Assembly (NCBI GenBank): GCA_963733035.1
Contig: CAVTBU010000006.1
Location: 512,001 to 576,000 of the forward strand
Length of the DNA stretch: 64,000 nucleotides
Direction: 5' to 3'
Source: Pirellulales bacterium
GTDB lineage: Bacteria; Planctomycetota; Planctomycetia; Pirellulales; PALSA-1355
The position numbers and the translations under genes are program-made. Below, in pieces: positions 1 through 9,714 of the stretch; positions within the stretch are counted from its first letter, which is position 1, and every line of letters starts with the position of its first letter. The notes beneath the pieces were generated by a model, which saw only the letters and a program-made list of their open reading frames with translations, did no database searches and was not told where the DNA came from.

Positions 1-950
1 CGCTCGATCTGGTCGCCGAACATGGTTTGCACGTCAATTGCGGTTCGCCGGACATGATCGAACAACTTGGCCAGATAGCCCCCGGCCGCGAGATCACCTT
101 GCGACTGAATCCCGGATTCGGCCACGGACATAGCCAGAAGACGAATACCGGCGGCGAGCAATCAAAGCATGGCATCTGGCACGCCCAACTCAGCGATTGT
201 CTGCGCGCGGCGGATCATCAGGGCCTGGGCGTCACCGGCCTGCACATGCACATCGGCTCGGGCACGGACCTGGAGCATTTGGCCCAAGTATGCGATGCCA
301 TGGAACAAGCTGCCCGCGAAGTCGGACGCACGATCACGACAATTAGCGCCGGCGGCGGTTTGCCGATTCCCTATCGTGAGGGAGATCAGCCAGTCGATAT
401 CGATGCCTATTACCAACTCTGGAACGCGACGCGAGGGCGATTGGAGGAGGAGTTTGGCCACAAGGTTCGTTTGGAAATCGAACCCGGACGTTACCTTGTC
501 GCCGAGAGCGGGTATCTGGTGGCTCAGATTCGCGCCATCAAACGAAGCGGGGCAAACACGTTTTACCTGCTCGATGCCGGCTTCAATAACCTGGCCCGGC
601 CGATTCTTTACGGGGCTTACCACCATATGTCGGTGGTTCCGAGCGGGCAGGGGGGGCTGACGAGGCCGCTGCACGAAGTCGTCGTGGGTGGTCCACTGTG
701 CGAGTCGGGCGATATTTTCACACAAGAAGAGGGGGGCTTTGTCCGCTCCCGTATGCTGCCCGTTGCCGAAGTGGGCGAGTACCTGGTTATCGAATGCGCG
801 GGAGCTTACGGTTTCGTGATGAGTTCAAACTACAATAGCAAGCCGATGGCGGCCGAGGTACTCATTCAGGCCGGCCAACCACACTTGGTCCGTCGCCGGC
901 AGACTTTCGCGGAATTGGTGGCCGGTGAGTCAATTCCTGGTGCCAAATAG
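1..950 (+). CDS. lysA: Diaminopimelate decarboxylase, 5' end outside window
   Basis: HMHIGS, GGG, EPGRY, GPLCESGD and GAYGFVMSSNYN motifs of fold-III PLP decarboxylases. Confidence 0.93.
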   Translation, partial: LDLVAEHGLHVNCGSPDMIEQLGQIAPGREITLRLNPGFGHGHSQKTNTGGEQSKHGIWHAQLSDCLRAADHQGLGVTGLHMHIGSGTDLEHLAQVCDAMEQAAREVGRTITTISAGGGLPIPYREGDQPVDIDAYYQLWNATRGRLEEEFGHKVRLEIEPGRYLVAESGYLVAQIRAIKRSGANTFYLLDAGFNNLARPILYGAYHHMSVVPSGQGGLTRPLHEVVVGGPLCESGDIFTQEEGGFVRSRMLPVAEVGEYLVIECAGAYGFVMSSNYNSKPMAAEVLIQAGQPHLVRRRQTFAELVAGESIPGAK

Positions 951-1169
951 GCAAGCCATTTTGACCGGCCGAAAGGTCCAAATCGCGGTGACTTTCCATC
1001 CAAACGCGGGGCCGTGACCGCGGATTTCAAGGTTCGCTGACGAAGCGGTTGGCTCCCTGCCGATTTGTTCCTATGATTAGACTGTTCGCACGTTGGCAGC
1101 GAATCCGTAGTTTGTAGGCCACGCGGAGAACTCCTTCGCGATCTCCATCTTGACTGAGGTACGAGTTCC

Positions 1170-1565
1170 ATGGCCAAGCAAGGCCCCCGCAAGAAGGTTC
1201 CCAAAGAACTGGCCGTTATTAATGCCGATAATTGCACCGGGTGCGAAAGTTGTTTGGAAGTTTGCCCCGTCGACTGCATCGTGAAGATCCAGCAGTACGA
1301 CGACAAGGAAAACCTGCAAAGCTGGTGCGAAATCGATCTGGAACGTTGCGTGGGCTGCGAAGTCTGTGTGCACATCCCAGGCAAGAAGACGAATCCCTAT
1401 GACCTGAAGGTCTGCCCATGGGATGCGATAGAGATGGTGCCCACGGAACTCGTGGCCCAGGTCGTCGCCCAAATCGGCGGTCCTCCCGAGTACGTCTATG
1501 AGAACTGGGATCGCCTGGTCGGCACGGCCCAACACCTGGCCGAGCTCAAAGGCGCGAGTGCGTAG
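1170..1565 (+). CDS. 4Fe-4S dicluster ferredoxin-like protein
   Basis: CTGCESCLEVCP and CVGCEVC...CP motifs; GAGG upstream. Confidence 0.88.
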   Translation: MAKQGPRKKVPKELAVINADNCTGCESCLEVCPVDCIVKIQQYDDKENLQSWCEIDLERCVGCEVCVHIPGKKTNPYDLKVCPWDAIEMVPTELVAQVVAQIGGPPEYVYENWDRLVGTAQHLAELKGASA

Positions 1566-1648
1566 CACGATTCCGCCGCGAATACAATCGACTCGGATCG
1601 GAAGCTTTGGGCTTGCCCGCCTGTTTTATTTTGCTTGGTCGCGTGAGC

Positions 1649-2476
1649 TCAGCTTTCGCTCACTGCACACAGCGTGGCTTGCATGTACTCAATGCTTTCT
1701 TTCGCCAATCGCTCGATGCCAGGGCTGTAGTCGAAGACCTCGACCGAGACCCACCCTTTGTAGTCGACTTCGCCCAGGGCCGCGAAGATGGGCTGGAAGT
1801 TCAGTTCGCCGAAGCCAGGTCCCTGCTTGTTGGGATCGTTGGCGTGGAAATGGGCCAACACTCCAATGTGTCGGCGGATCAAATCGGGGATCGGCGTCGA
1901 CTCGCTCGACATCGCCTTGCAATCAAGAATCAAACGGCACTGCGGGTGGCCGACTCTTTCGATGAGCTTCACGGCGTCGTCGGCCGTGTTGAGGAAATTT
2001 CCTTCCGCCGGCGCGAGCGGCTCCATGCACAATGTCACGCCGGTCGCTTCCAGAACCGGCAGACACTCGGTGACCACCTCCGCCGCATAGTCGAAGGCTT
2101 GCTCCGGCGCGACTCCTGGCATGATGTTCCGCTGCTGCGGAGATCCGAAGATCATCCGCGACCCCCCCACATCGCGGCATAGCCGAGCCAACTCCTGGAC
2201 ATAACCCGCGGTTCGACGACGGACTTCCGATTCCGGATGCGTCAGATAGTACCCGTTGGTCTTCGCCAGCAGCCAGTGCAGTCCGACCACTTCAAGGCCC
2301 TCTTTGTCGGCCAACCGACGAACTTCCTCGCGCTGGTTGGTGGTGATGTCCTTGGCGTCCGAGGCCAGCGTAAAGGGGGCGATTTCAATGCCCGTATAGC
2401 CGCACTCGGCGGCGAAGCCAAAGGCCTTGTCGAATGGCCAGTCAAGAAAGGTTTCGTTGCAGATGGCGAATTTCAT
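1649..2476 (-). CDS. Sugar phosphate isomerase/epimerase (xylose isomerase-like TIM barrel)
   Basis: MKFAICNE start; GIEIAP, MEPL, HFHAND, SVEVFD metal-binding motifs. Confidence 0.88.
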   Translation of the reverse strand: MKFAICNETFLDWPFDKAFGFAAECGYTGIEIAPFTLASDAKDITTNQREEVRRLADKEGLEVVGLHWLLAKTNGYYLTHPESEVRRRTAGYVQELARLCRDVGGSRMIFGSPQQRNIMPGVAPEQAFDYAAEVVTECLPVLEATGVTLCMEPLAPAEGNFLNTADDAVKLIERVGHPQCRLILDCKAMSSESTPIPDLIRRHIGVLAHFHANDPNKQGPGFGELNFQPIFAALGEVDYKGWVSVEVFDYSPGIERLAKESIEYMQATLCAVSES

Positions 2477-2620
2477 GATGTGTTGAACCGGGGGCACATG
2501 TTAGCTGGGGTGGATTTCGAAACGGGCATCGTAACACGGGTCTTGCACGAGCTTCAACCGGCAGATGACGGGCCGCAAGTACCGACTCGACGCATGCCAC
2601 AGTTTCGTATTGGATGCGGC

Positions 2621-3421
2621 TCAATCGAACTCAAACAGACCCGCGATCCGCGGCGCGCCATATTCCGCGCCGCCTGTCAGCACCTGCACGTTTCGTAGTG
2701 GTTGAGCTTCTCCGTGGCCGTGTGTGTGTCCGCAGAGGACGGTGAGGCGATTTTCGGGATGGGCATCCATTTGTTCAAGGATCACCTGGCCCATGGCGTG
2801 GCAAGTGAAGTGCGGCGACCACTGCGCATCGGAGATACGACCTTCATGCCAACAGGCTTCGAGAAACGGCGGCACGTGCGTCACCAGGACGACGTCGCGG
2901 TAGGACTCCAGGGCAACGGGCAGCACCTGGCGAATATGGTTGGCTGCTTCGTCGGCCAGTCCTTTGAGCAGCTCCCAGCGTGATTTGCGATCGTGCGACT
3001 GGAGTTCGTCAATAAGCTTCCAGTCAAGCATCTTTACGAGCGAGCGGGGATAGTCCCCCAGGCGTCCATCTGCCCAGCCGTCATGCCCGACAAGGCCAAC
3101 GTGCGTTGCCAATGCGTTCACGGCTTCGGCCGTAAGATAGTGCAAGCCTGCGTGTTCGTCGCAGAATCGGGTTACTCGCTGCCGCGTGTCACGAATCGAA
3201 CCATGATAAAAATCATGATTGCCGAGTACGAAGTAGATCGGCGCGCGAATCGCGGTCTGCAACTGGTCGAGAAAGTCGCAGACGTTGTGCGCTTCGGCAA
3301 TATCGCCGCTGATCAATACGCCGTCGGGCCTGGCGGCCACGACTTCATTCAGAAACGCCGACACGCGCGTCTCGGAAAGAAAGTTGAGATGGATGTCGGT
3401 CAGCCAGGCGACGCGTTTCAT
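2621..3421 (-). CDS. Calcineurin-like metallophosphoesterase
   Basis: DIH, GDI, GNHD, GHTH motifs. Confidence 0.9.
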   Translation of the reverse strand: MKRVAWLTDIHLNFLSETRVSAFLNEVVAARPDGVLISGDIAEAHNVCDFLDQLQTAIRAPIYFVLGNHDFYHGSIRDTRQRVTRFCDEHAGLHYLTAEAVNALATHVGLVGHDGWADGRLGDYPRSLVKMLDWKLIDELQSHDRKSRWELLKGLADEAANHIRQVLPVALESYRDVVLVTHVPPFLEACWHEGRISDAQWSPHFTCHAMGQVILEQMDAHPENRLTVLCGHTHGHGEAQPLRNVQVLTGGAEYGAPRIAGLFEFD

Positions 3422-3436
3422 CAGGTGGGTATCGCG

Positions 3437-4731
3437 CTATTTCGTACCAAGGCAATAGAGCCTCTGGCGTCCACGGATGAACAACTGCCCGGCGGCGGCG
3501 GCTGGCGATGCGAGAGTGCTGTCGTCAAGTTGGTTCTCGGCGAGCATTTCGAAGCTTGTGTTGGCGGAAACCACGGTGCAAAGCCCGGACGTATTTAAGA
3601 AGTAGATGCGCCCGTCGGCCGCTAGCGGCGAGGCCTTGAAATCGCCCCCCAGTCGTTGCGTCCAGTGTAGCTTGCCGGTCTTGGCGTCAAAGGCCCTGGC
3701 AATTCCGTCGTCGCTCACCGTAAAGAGTAGCCCACGCTCGACGACGGGGCAGGGAGTGTCGGGAGTCCCTTTTTCGTAGCGCCAAACGACGCGGCTTACT
3801 GGCAATTCGCCACTCCCGCCGGGGCGGACGGCCAACAACGGCCCCCGCATTCCATGCGTTATATAGATCAGACCGTTGGCCGCGGTTGGTCCAGTTACCG
3901 TGCGTCCGCCAACCAGTCCTGGCAAAAACCACAATTGCCGGCCTGTGCTGGGATCGTAACCGTCGAGTTGATTCGCCCCCATCACAACGAGTTGTCGCGT
4001 GCCGTCGATGTTGACCACGATCGGTGTGGTGTAGGAGTCTCCTTGTTCCGATGGCGCATCGGTCAACCTCATTGACTTCCAACGCACGTCGCCGGTTTGC
4101 AGATCGTGGGCCACGAGGTAGCTGGGCGCGATCTTTTCCGTCAGGTCCGCGAGCGAATCTTGCATACAGACCGAGATCACGGTGTCGTCGAAGATCACTG
4201 GACTGTTGGCGTGCCCCCACCAAATCGTATAAGTCCCGTGTTCGTCTTGCAGGTTGTGCTTCCAACGCTGGCGGCCGGCGAAATCATAGGCGGCCAGATC
4301 TCCGTTTCCGAAATGCACGACGACGGTCTGGCCATCGGTCACTGGTGACGGGCTGGCGAGGTTATGCAGTCGATGGAACTTCTGCTTCTCGCGCTCGGCG
4401 CTTCTCGGGGTACCTCCGCGGCCCCGACCTGCTGCGTCCATTCAATAGCGCCGCTTTGGCGATTGAGTTTGAGCACCAGTAGCTTCTGATCCTGCTGGGT
4501 TGTGACAAAGATGGCATTGTTCCAAATTGCCGGCGTGCTGGTACCCCATTCTGGCAGTGCGGTCGACCAGGCGATGCCACTTTCGTCGGACCACTGGACG
4601 GGCAATGCGACCGGGCTGGTGCTGTTTCCGCGCGGACCGCGCCAAGCTGGCCAGTCCTCAGCCCCGGCATCGACTGGAATCGCTGCCAGCACGCTGGCGG
4701 AAAATACTAACGTAATGAAGCAGCGTGGCAT
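3437..4731 (-). CDS. Secreted PQQ-binding-like beta-propeller protein, split by a frameshift near 4396
   Basis: ORF 4339-4731 gives the signal peptide and DWPAWRGP; ORF 3437-4441 continues with propeller repeats; adding one base restores ...EAPxREKQKF. Confidence 0.85.
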
Positions 4732-5816
4732 GCAAATTACTCCGCGCGTAGAACAAAATCAGCTTACTTTCATCACCCGCCGTTTCACGCACGTACCGAG
4801 GAACGGCATACCCGGGTAAACGGCTGCGCAATTTTCGGACCAGCTCTCGGCCACTCATCTCATCGACCTCAAAATGCGCCGCACCCGCCACGCGGTCAAG
4901 TTGGTGTAAATAGTACGGCATGACCCGTAAATCCACCAACCGCTCGCAGAGGTTAGTGAGGGTATCCAGATCATCGTTTATGCCGTGCAGAAGCACAGAT
5001 TGATTGAGCATGGGAATTCCCACGTCCGACAGCCGTGCCAGGGCGTTGACAACCGATCCGGTGAGTTCCTGAGCATGGTTGGCGTGAATCACTACGATTG
5101 GCGTCAACCGGGTAGCGGTCAGCCAGCTGAGCAATTCCGAAGTAATCCGCTCGGGAATCATCAGTGGCAAGCGGGTGTGGATGCGCAGCCGGTGGAGTTG
5201 CTTGATTTCGGCCAGCCGCTCGACAAGTTGCCGCAGATGGCCATCGACAAGCATCAGTGGATCGCCTCCGCTAAGGATGACCTCTCGCAGGCTTTCGTCG
5301 CCTGCGATGGCTGCCAGGGCCGGGTTCCAGTCATCCGGCGATTTTGGCCCATCCCCGTAGGGGAAGTGCCGCCGGAAGCAGTAACGGCAATGGACGGCAC
5401 AAGCCCCAGTTGTTACCATCAAAACCCTGGAATGGTACTTGTGAAGCAGACCGGCGGATCGGATTGCGACACGGTCGCCGACCGGGTCGGGGCCAAAACC
5501 TTTGACCTCGGCGAGTTCGTCCCTCAGAGGAAGCACCTGCCTCAAGAGCGGGTCGCCCGGGTCTCCGGGCGCATGCGGGCAACGTACCCGCGGGCGCAAA
5601 AACCGGAAACCGTTCGGCAGCTCCCGTTGCGTCCGAGGCAAACCGCGGCGGCAGACCGACGAGTTGGCAGAGTTCGTTCGGGTCTCGCACGGCATCCTTG
5701 ACCGCCTCCTGCCACGATTGGTAGCGGGGCTCGGCCAGTGGCATCCAATTGGATGCAGGCTTGGTTATGTCGGTGGCCGCATTTTCTGCCAGAATTGAGG
5801 ATTCGACGGTACTCAT
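4658..5816 (-). CDS. epmB: EF-P beta-lysylation protein EpmB (KamA-family radical SAM), with two 1-nt frameshifts near 5566 and 5593
   Basis: CAVHCRYCFRRHFPY, SGGDPL, YYLHQLD; divergent from efp-epmA; N-terminus in ORF 5331-5816, RGYVARMRP in a third frame; 3' end uncertain. Confidence 0.9.
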
Positions 5817-5907
5817 AGTTGCCGCACCAGCGATGCGTTTCTCGAAGCTTTCAAGTTAGTCCAGCATAATCCCCGACACGTTCAAAACGAAGTAGGAAAA
5901 CACGACT

Positions 5908-6477
5908 GTGGCCAGCTACAACACCAGCGATTTCAAGAAGGGCCTGAAAGTTCAGATCGACGGCGATCCGTATCTGATGGTCGAATGCAACTTCGTCAAG
6001 CCCGGAAAGGGTAACGCCCTTTATAAGTGCAAGCTGCGGAACCTGCTCCGCAATACGATACTCGACCGCACGTTCAAAGGTGGCGACTCGCTCGAAGCCG
6101 CCGACATCACGGAAATCCAAGCCCAATTTCTTTACCGCCAGGGTGAGATGTTCGTGTTCATGGACAATGAGAATTTCGAACAGTACGAGCTGACCAAGGA
6201 ACAGGTTGACGACGCCTGGAAGTACTTGAAGGAAGGTATGAACTGCTCAATGGTGTTGTTCAATGACAACCCAATCTCAGTCTCGCCACCGAATCATGTC
6301 GTACTGAAGATCGAATATTGCGAACCGGCTGTCAAAGGCAACACCGCCACGAACCTCACCAAACCCGTGACGCTCGAAACCGGCGCCGAAGTGATCTGCC
6401 CGGCCTTCGTTGAAATCGGCGATTTGATCCGCGTCGATACTCGCACCAATGAATACCTCGAACGCGCCCGCGAGTGA
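5908..6477 (+). CDS. efp: Elongation factor P
   Basis: KPGKG loop, KGNTA, LETGA and VDTRT..Y motifs; GTG start. Confidence 0.97.
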   Translation: MASYNTSDFKKGLKVQIDGDPYLMVECNFVKPGKGNALYKCKLRNLLRNTILDRTFKGGDSLEAADITEIQAQFLYRQGEMFVFMDNENFEQYELTKEQVDDAWKYLKEGMNCSMVLFNDNPISVSPPNHVVLKIEYCEPAVKGNTATNLTKPVTLETGAEVICPAFVEIGDLIRVDTRTNEYLERARE

Positions 6478-6520
6478 ATTGCGCGGGAGGCTCTGCCCGA
6501 CGCCTTGGTGAGCTACTGCC

Positions 6521-7513
6521 GTGAAGTTGCCGGCCAAACATGCTGATTTTCTACCGTCAGCCAACTGGGAACGACTTCGTTTGCGTTCGGAGTTGCTGGC
6601 CAAGACACGCAGGTTCTTCGCCGATCGCAGATTCATCGAGGTCGAGACGCCTCTGCTATCGGCCGACACCGTGATTGACAGGCATCTCGACCCGCTTACG
6701 GTCGTTTTGCCTGACGACCCTGCCCGACCGAACGTGGGTCGCACGCTGTACTTGCAGACGTCGCCCGAATTCGCCATGAAACGCCTGCTTGCCGCGGGGG
6801 CCGAGGCCATCTACCAGATTACGCGTGCATTCCGCGCGGGTGAGGCCGGCGCGTTGCACAACCCCGAGTTCACGATTGTCGAGTGGTATCGCCGCGGCGA
6901 CGATCTCGCACGAGGGATGCAGTTGCTCTCGGACTTGTCTGAAGCGTTGCTGAATCTTGGGCCTGCCGAACAAGTGGGCTACGCGGAAGCATTTTCCGTT
7001 CATGTTGGCGTCGACCCTCACACGGCGACCGTTGCTGACCTGGTCGCCGCGGCCCGCCACTGGGGCCTTTCTGCCTCAGAGAGCTTTGCTGACGACGATC
7101 GTGACGCCTGGTTGAACTTGCTGCTGACATCCCTCGTCGAACCGCAGTTGGGGCAAAGCGTCCCGACAATTCTGTACGATTACCCGCCCAGCCAGGCGGC
7201 GTTGGCCCGGCTGCACGGTGAGCCACCCGTGGCGGCGCGATTCGAACTCTATGTGCGGGGCATCGAACTGGCGAACGGTTATCACGAACTTCTCGACCCA
7301 GCCGTTCTCCGCGAGCGAAACCATGCGGCCAATCGCCAGCGCACCGCGGACGGTAAACCGACGTTGCCCGAGGAGAGTCGACTACTGGCGGCAATGGAAA
7401 ACGGGCTGCCCGAATCATCGGGCGTGGCGCTCGGTTTCGATCGACTTGTGATGCTCGCTGCGGGCGCGATGCGTCTGACCGAGGTCTTGGCCTTTCCAAT
7501 CGACAGGGCGTGA
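6521..7513 (+). CDS. epmA: EF-P lysine aminoacylase EpmA/GenX
   Basis: LQTSPEFAMKRLL, HNPEFT, ELANGYHEL, GVALGFDRL; follows efp. Confidence 0.95.
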   Translation: MKLPAKHADFLPSANWERLRLRSELLAKTRRFFADRRFIEVETPLLSADTVIDRHLDPLTVVLPDDPARPNVGRTLYLQTSPEFAMKRLLAAGAEAIYQITRAFRAGEAGALHNPEFTIVEWYRRGDDLARGMQLLSDLSEALLNLGPAEQVGYAEAFSVHVGVDPHTATVADLVAAARHWGLSASESFADDDRDAWLNLLLTSLVEPQLGQSVPTILYDYPPSQAALARLHGEPPVAARFELYVRGIELANGYHELLDPAVLRERNHAANRQRTADGKPTLPEESRLLAAMENGLPESSGVALGFDRLVMLAAGAMRLTEVLAFPIDRA

Positions 7514-7713
7514 ACGCGTCATTTGGTGCATCGGCGCCTGAATCGGACGTATCGTGCTGGTTCTGAGTTGGCTGGCTTGCGAACTCGCAAAAGATTCAAG
7601 GCACGCTCATCATTTGCTCACAAACAGTGTCTACGATTGCAAGCAAAACTTGAGGCGTATCGAGTGTGGCCCTCGACGCACTCAGGTGGTCTGTTTCAAA
7701 TTGGAGACTCGCC

Positions 7714-7929
7714 GTGTTACTTCTTTCTCGCAAGAGCGGTCAATCCATCGTGATCAACGACGATATTGTCGTGACGATCGTGGCGGTTGATCGCAATCGC
7801 GTGCAAATCGGCATCAAAGCGCCCGGCTATGTGCCGATCTACCGGCAAGAGATCGTCGAGCGGATGGTCGAGGCCGGCGAAATCGAGCCGCTTGCCTGCC
7901 TGGACCGTCCTCACCCCGCCACCGTCTAA
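7714..7929 (+). CDS. csrA: Carbon storage regulator CsrA-family RNA-binding protein
   Basis: LLLSRKSGQSIVI...VQIGIKAP..VPIYRQEI; GGAG at 7703 before GTG. Confidence 0.87.
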   Translation: MLLLSRKSGQSIVINDDIVVTIVAVDRNRVQIGIKAPGYVPIYRQEIVERMVEAGEIEPLACLDRPHPATV

Positions 7930-7956
7930 TTGTCACGAGGCGACAACTCAAATTCT

Positions 7957-8347
7957 TCACGTGCCGCGCGAGCGGTGGAAATGAACGTGCTTCCATCCAG
8001 TGGTTTGCCGCTGCCAGACGCGTGTTTCTTCAAAGGCTGTCGTGATTGGCACGGCGGATTCGTTCAGAAGTTGCGTTAGTCGCACGTAACTGACAATAGC
8101 CGTCTCGCCCAGCAGGCGACACGTGGGGAGACGAGAGCGTCGTGTTGCGCGGCCCGCTGCCGGCGCCAAGGTCGAAGTAGTAGCGGTGAAAGTCCATCCC
8201 CTGGACCAGATGCCCGACCGCTTCCGGCTCGAAACACGAGAGGGTTGGGTCGCACAGTTCGCTGTAGGTTTTCCAATCGGCCTGGGCAATGCTGTCGAGC
8301 AACTGCTGCGTGAGGCGGATCAGTTCTTGTTCGGTGCTTTCGGCCAT
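7957..8347 (-). CDS. NTF2-like CaMKII association-domain/DUF4440 protein, frameshift near 8120
   Basis: FEPEAVGHLVQGMDFHRYYF (ORF 8030-8347) joins EETRVW...WKHVHFHRS (ORF 7957-8289). Confidence 0.85.
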
Positions 8348-8360
8348 GACGGAAGGGATC

Positions 8361-9263
8361 CTATGCGGGCAGAACCTTCAGTAGCTGGAGCTTCTCGCGG
8401 CATTCGTCCCGCTCGCGACAGCGGGCTAGATCTACCCACGTGGGGTCCTGCACGGCAAGAAAATCCTCTTCGTTGGCCTGTGCGCGACCGCTGGCGGCAA
8501 GTCGTTGCATCAGCCGCGCAATCACGTCCCGGTCGAGACGAGTCAGGAAAACGCCCTGTATGCGGTAGTCGACGAATGCTTCCCAGACCAGTGGAAACAG
8601 TGGCTGGACGATTTGCTCGCCGATCGTTGTGGCGTACTCGCGAATTTCCCATTGGGCGTGGCTGTCCATCCGTAGCGCCAGGAAGTGCAATAGATTGTGC
8701 AGGTCGACTTTCCAGTAGGCCTCTGTATAGGTTGAGAGTGGCAAGTCCTTGCGAGCTTGCTCGCGTGCCACACCCTGGGCAATCCGCTCTTCGTATAGAT
8801 CACGCGAAGCGCGCTGGAATTCGGCTTCGGCGGCCGTAAGTTTTTCGCCGTCGCTACGCTCAATCGACGCGCCGCTACCTTGCCGGTTGTTGGCCGCCTG
8901 CGTGCGCCAGCCGTCGGGGGGAGTCGTTTGCATCGCGTCGATCGCCAGCGAATAGCGAGTACTATATTCGTTTACGTTGGCCGTGCGGTGCCGAATCCAC
9001 TGTCGCCAACAGTCCATCGGCACGCGCACCAGCAGCTTGATCTCCGCCATTTCGAATGGCGTTGTATGGCGATGCCGCAAGAGGTAACGAATCAGACCGC
9101 GATCGTCGGATACCTTGCGAGTACCTTCGCCGTAGCTGACTCGGGCTGCCTGCACGACGGACTGATCGTCTCCCATGATGTCGACCAGGCAGACATAGCC
9201 GTCGTTGAGTACGGGAAACTTCTTCCAGCGAAGCTGGGAGACTTGTTCGGCGTTGGTGGCCAT
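8361..9263 (-). CDS. thyX: FAD-dependent thymidylate synthase
   Basis: AARVSY, HTTPFE, RQWIRHR..NVNEYSTRY, AREQAR. Confidence 0.95.
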   Translation of the reverse strand: MATNAEQVSQLRWKKFPVLNDGYVCLVDIMGDDQSVVQAARVSYGEGTRKVSDDRGLIRYLLRHRHTTPFEMAEIKLLVRVPMDCWRQWIRHRTANVNEYSTRYSLAIDAMQTTPPDGWRTQAANNRQGSGASIERSDGEKLTAAEAEFQRASRDLYEERIAQGVAREQARKDLPLSTYTEAYWKVDLHNLLHFLALRMDSHAQWEIREYATTIGEQIVQPLFPLVWEAFVDYRIQGVFLTRLDRDVIARLMQRLAASGRAQANEEDFLAVQDPTWVDLARCRERDECREKLQLLKVLPA

Positions 9264-9275
9264 TGGGATCCTCGC

Positions 9276-9536
9276 TTACTTCCTGGCCATCAACTCTTCG
9301 ACGAGCTTGGCGATCAGGGCCGGGTTGTCTTGCTTGACCAGGTTGTCGATGCGGTTCTGCGGAATTCTCAATTTCTCAAGTGCCCCGACAACGCTCTTCC
9401 ATTTCCGCTCGCGGCTCTTGCCCTCGGCTAGGTAAAGTTCCGTGACCAACTCGCCAAGGCGCTGCAGCGCGATGGCGTCCTTGTTCTCGTAGTAGTTCTT
9501 GATAATCTTTTCTTGGTATTTAGATCGCTCGGCCAC
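9276..9536 (-). CDS. Small helical hypothetical protein (86 aa)
   Basis: GGAG then GTG at 9536; charged helical sequence; ends 12 nt before thyX. Confidence 0.75.
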   Translation of the reverse strand: MAERSKYQEKIIKNYYENKDAIALQRLGELVTELYLAEGKSRERKWKSVVGALEKLRIPQNRIDNLVKQDNPALIAKLVEELMARK

Positions 9537-9714
9537 TGTATTGCTCCTAGCGGACTGCCGGGTATCGGACCTCCATTTCACGTAGGAGAATCTTCTCCAA
9601 ATCACCCCACTTTGGCAACCGTTGGACTTCGGGGTCGCCAGACGCAGTTCGGATCCGTATCGACGAGCGATTCCGCCTTTCCCCGTTTTGCACGTCGGCC
9701 TAACATACCCGGCC

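Noticed and set aside
5560..5600. Programmed frameshifting in epmB
   Set aside because: Two single-base losses in short C runs, no slippery heptamer, and similar indels in unrelated genes.
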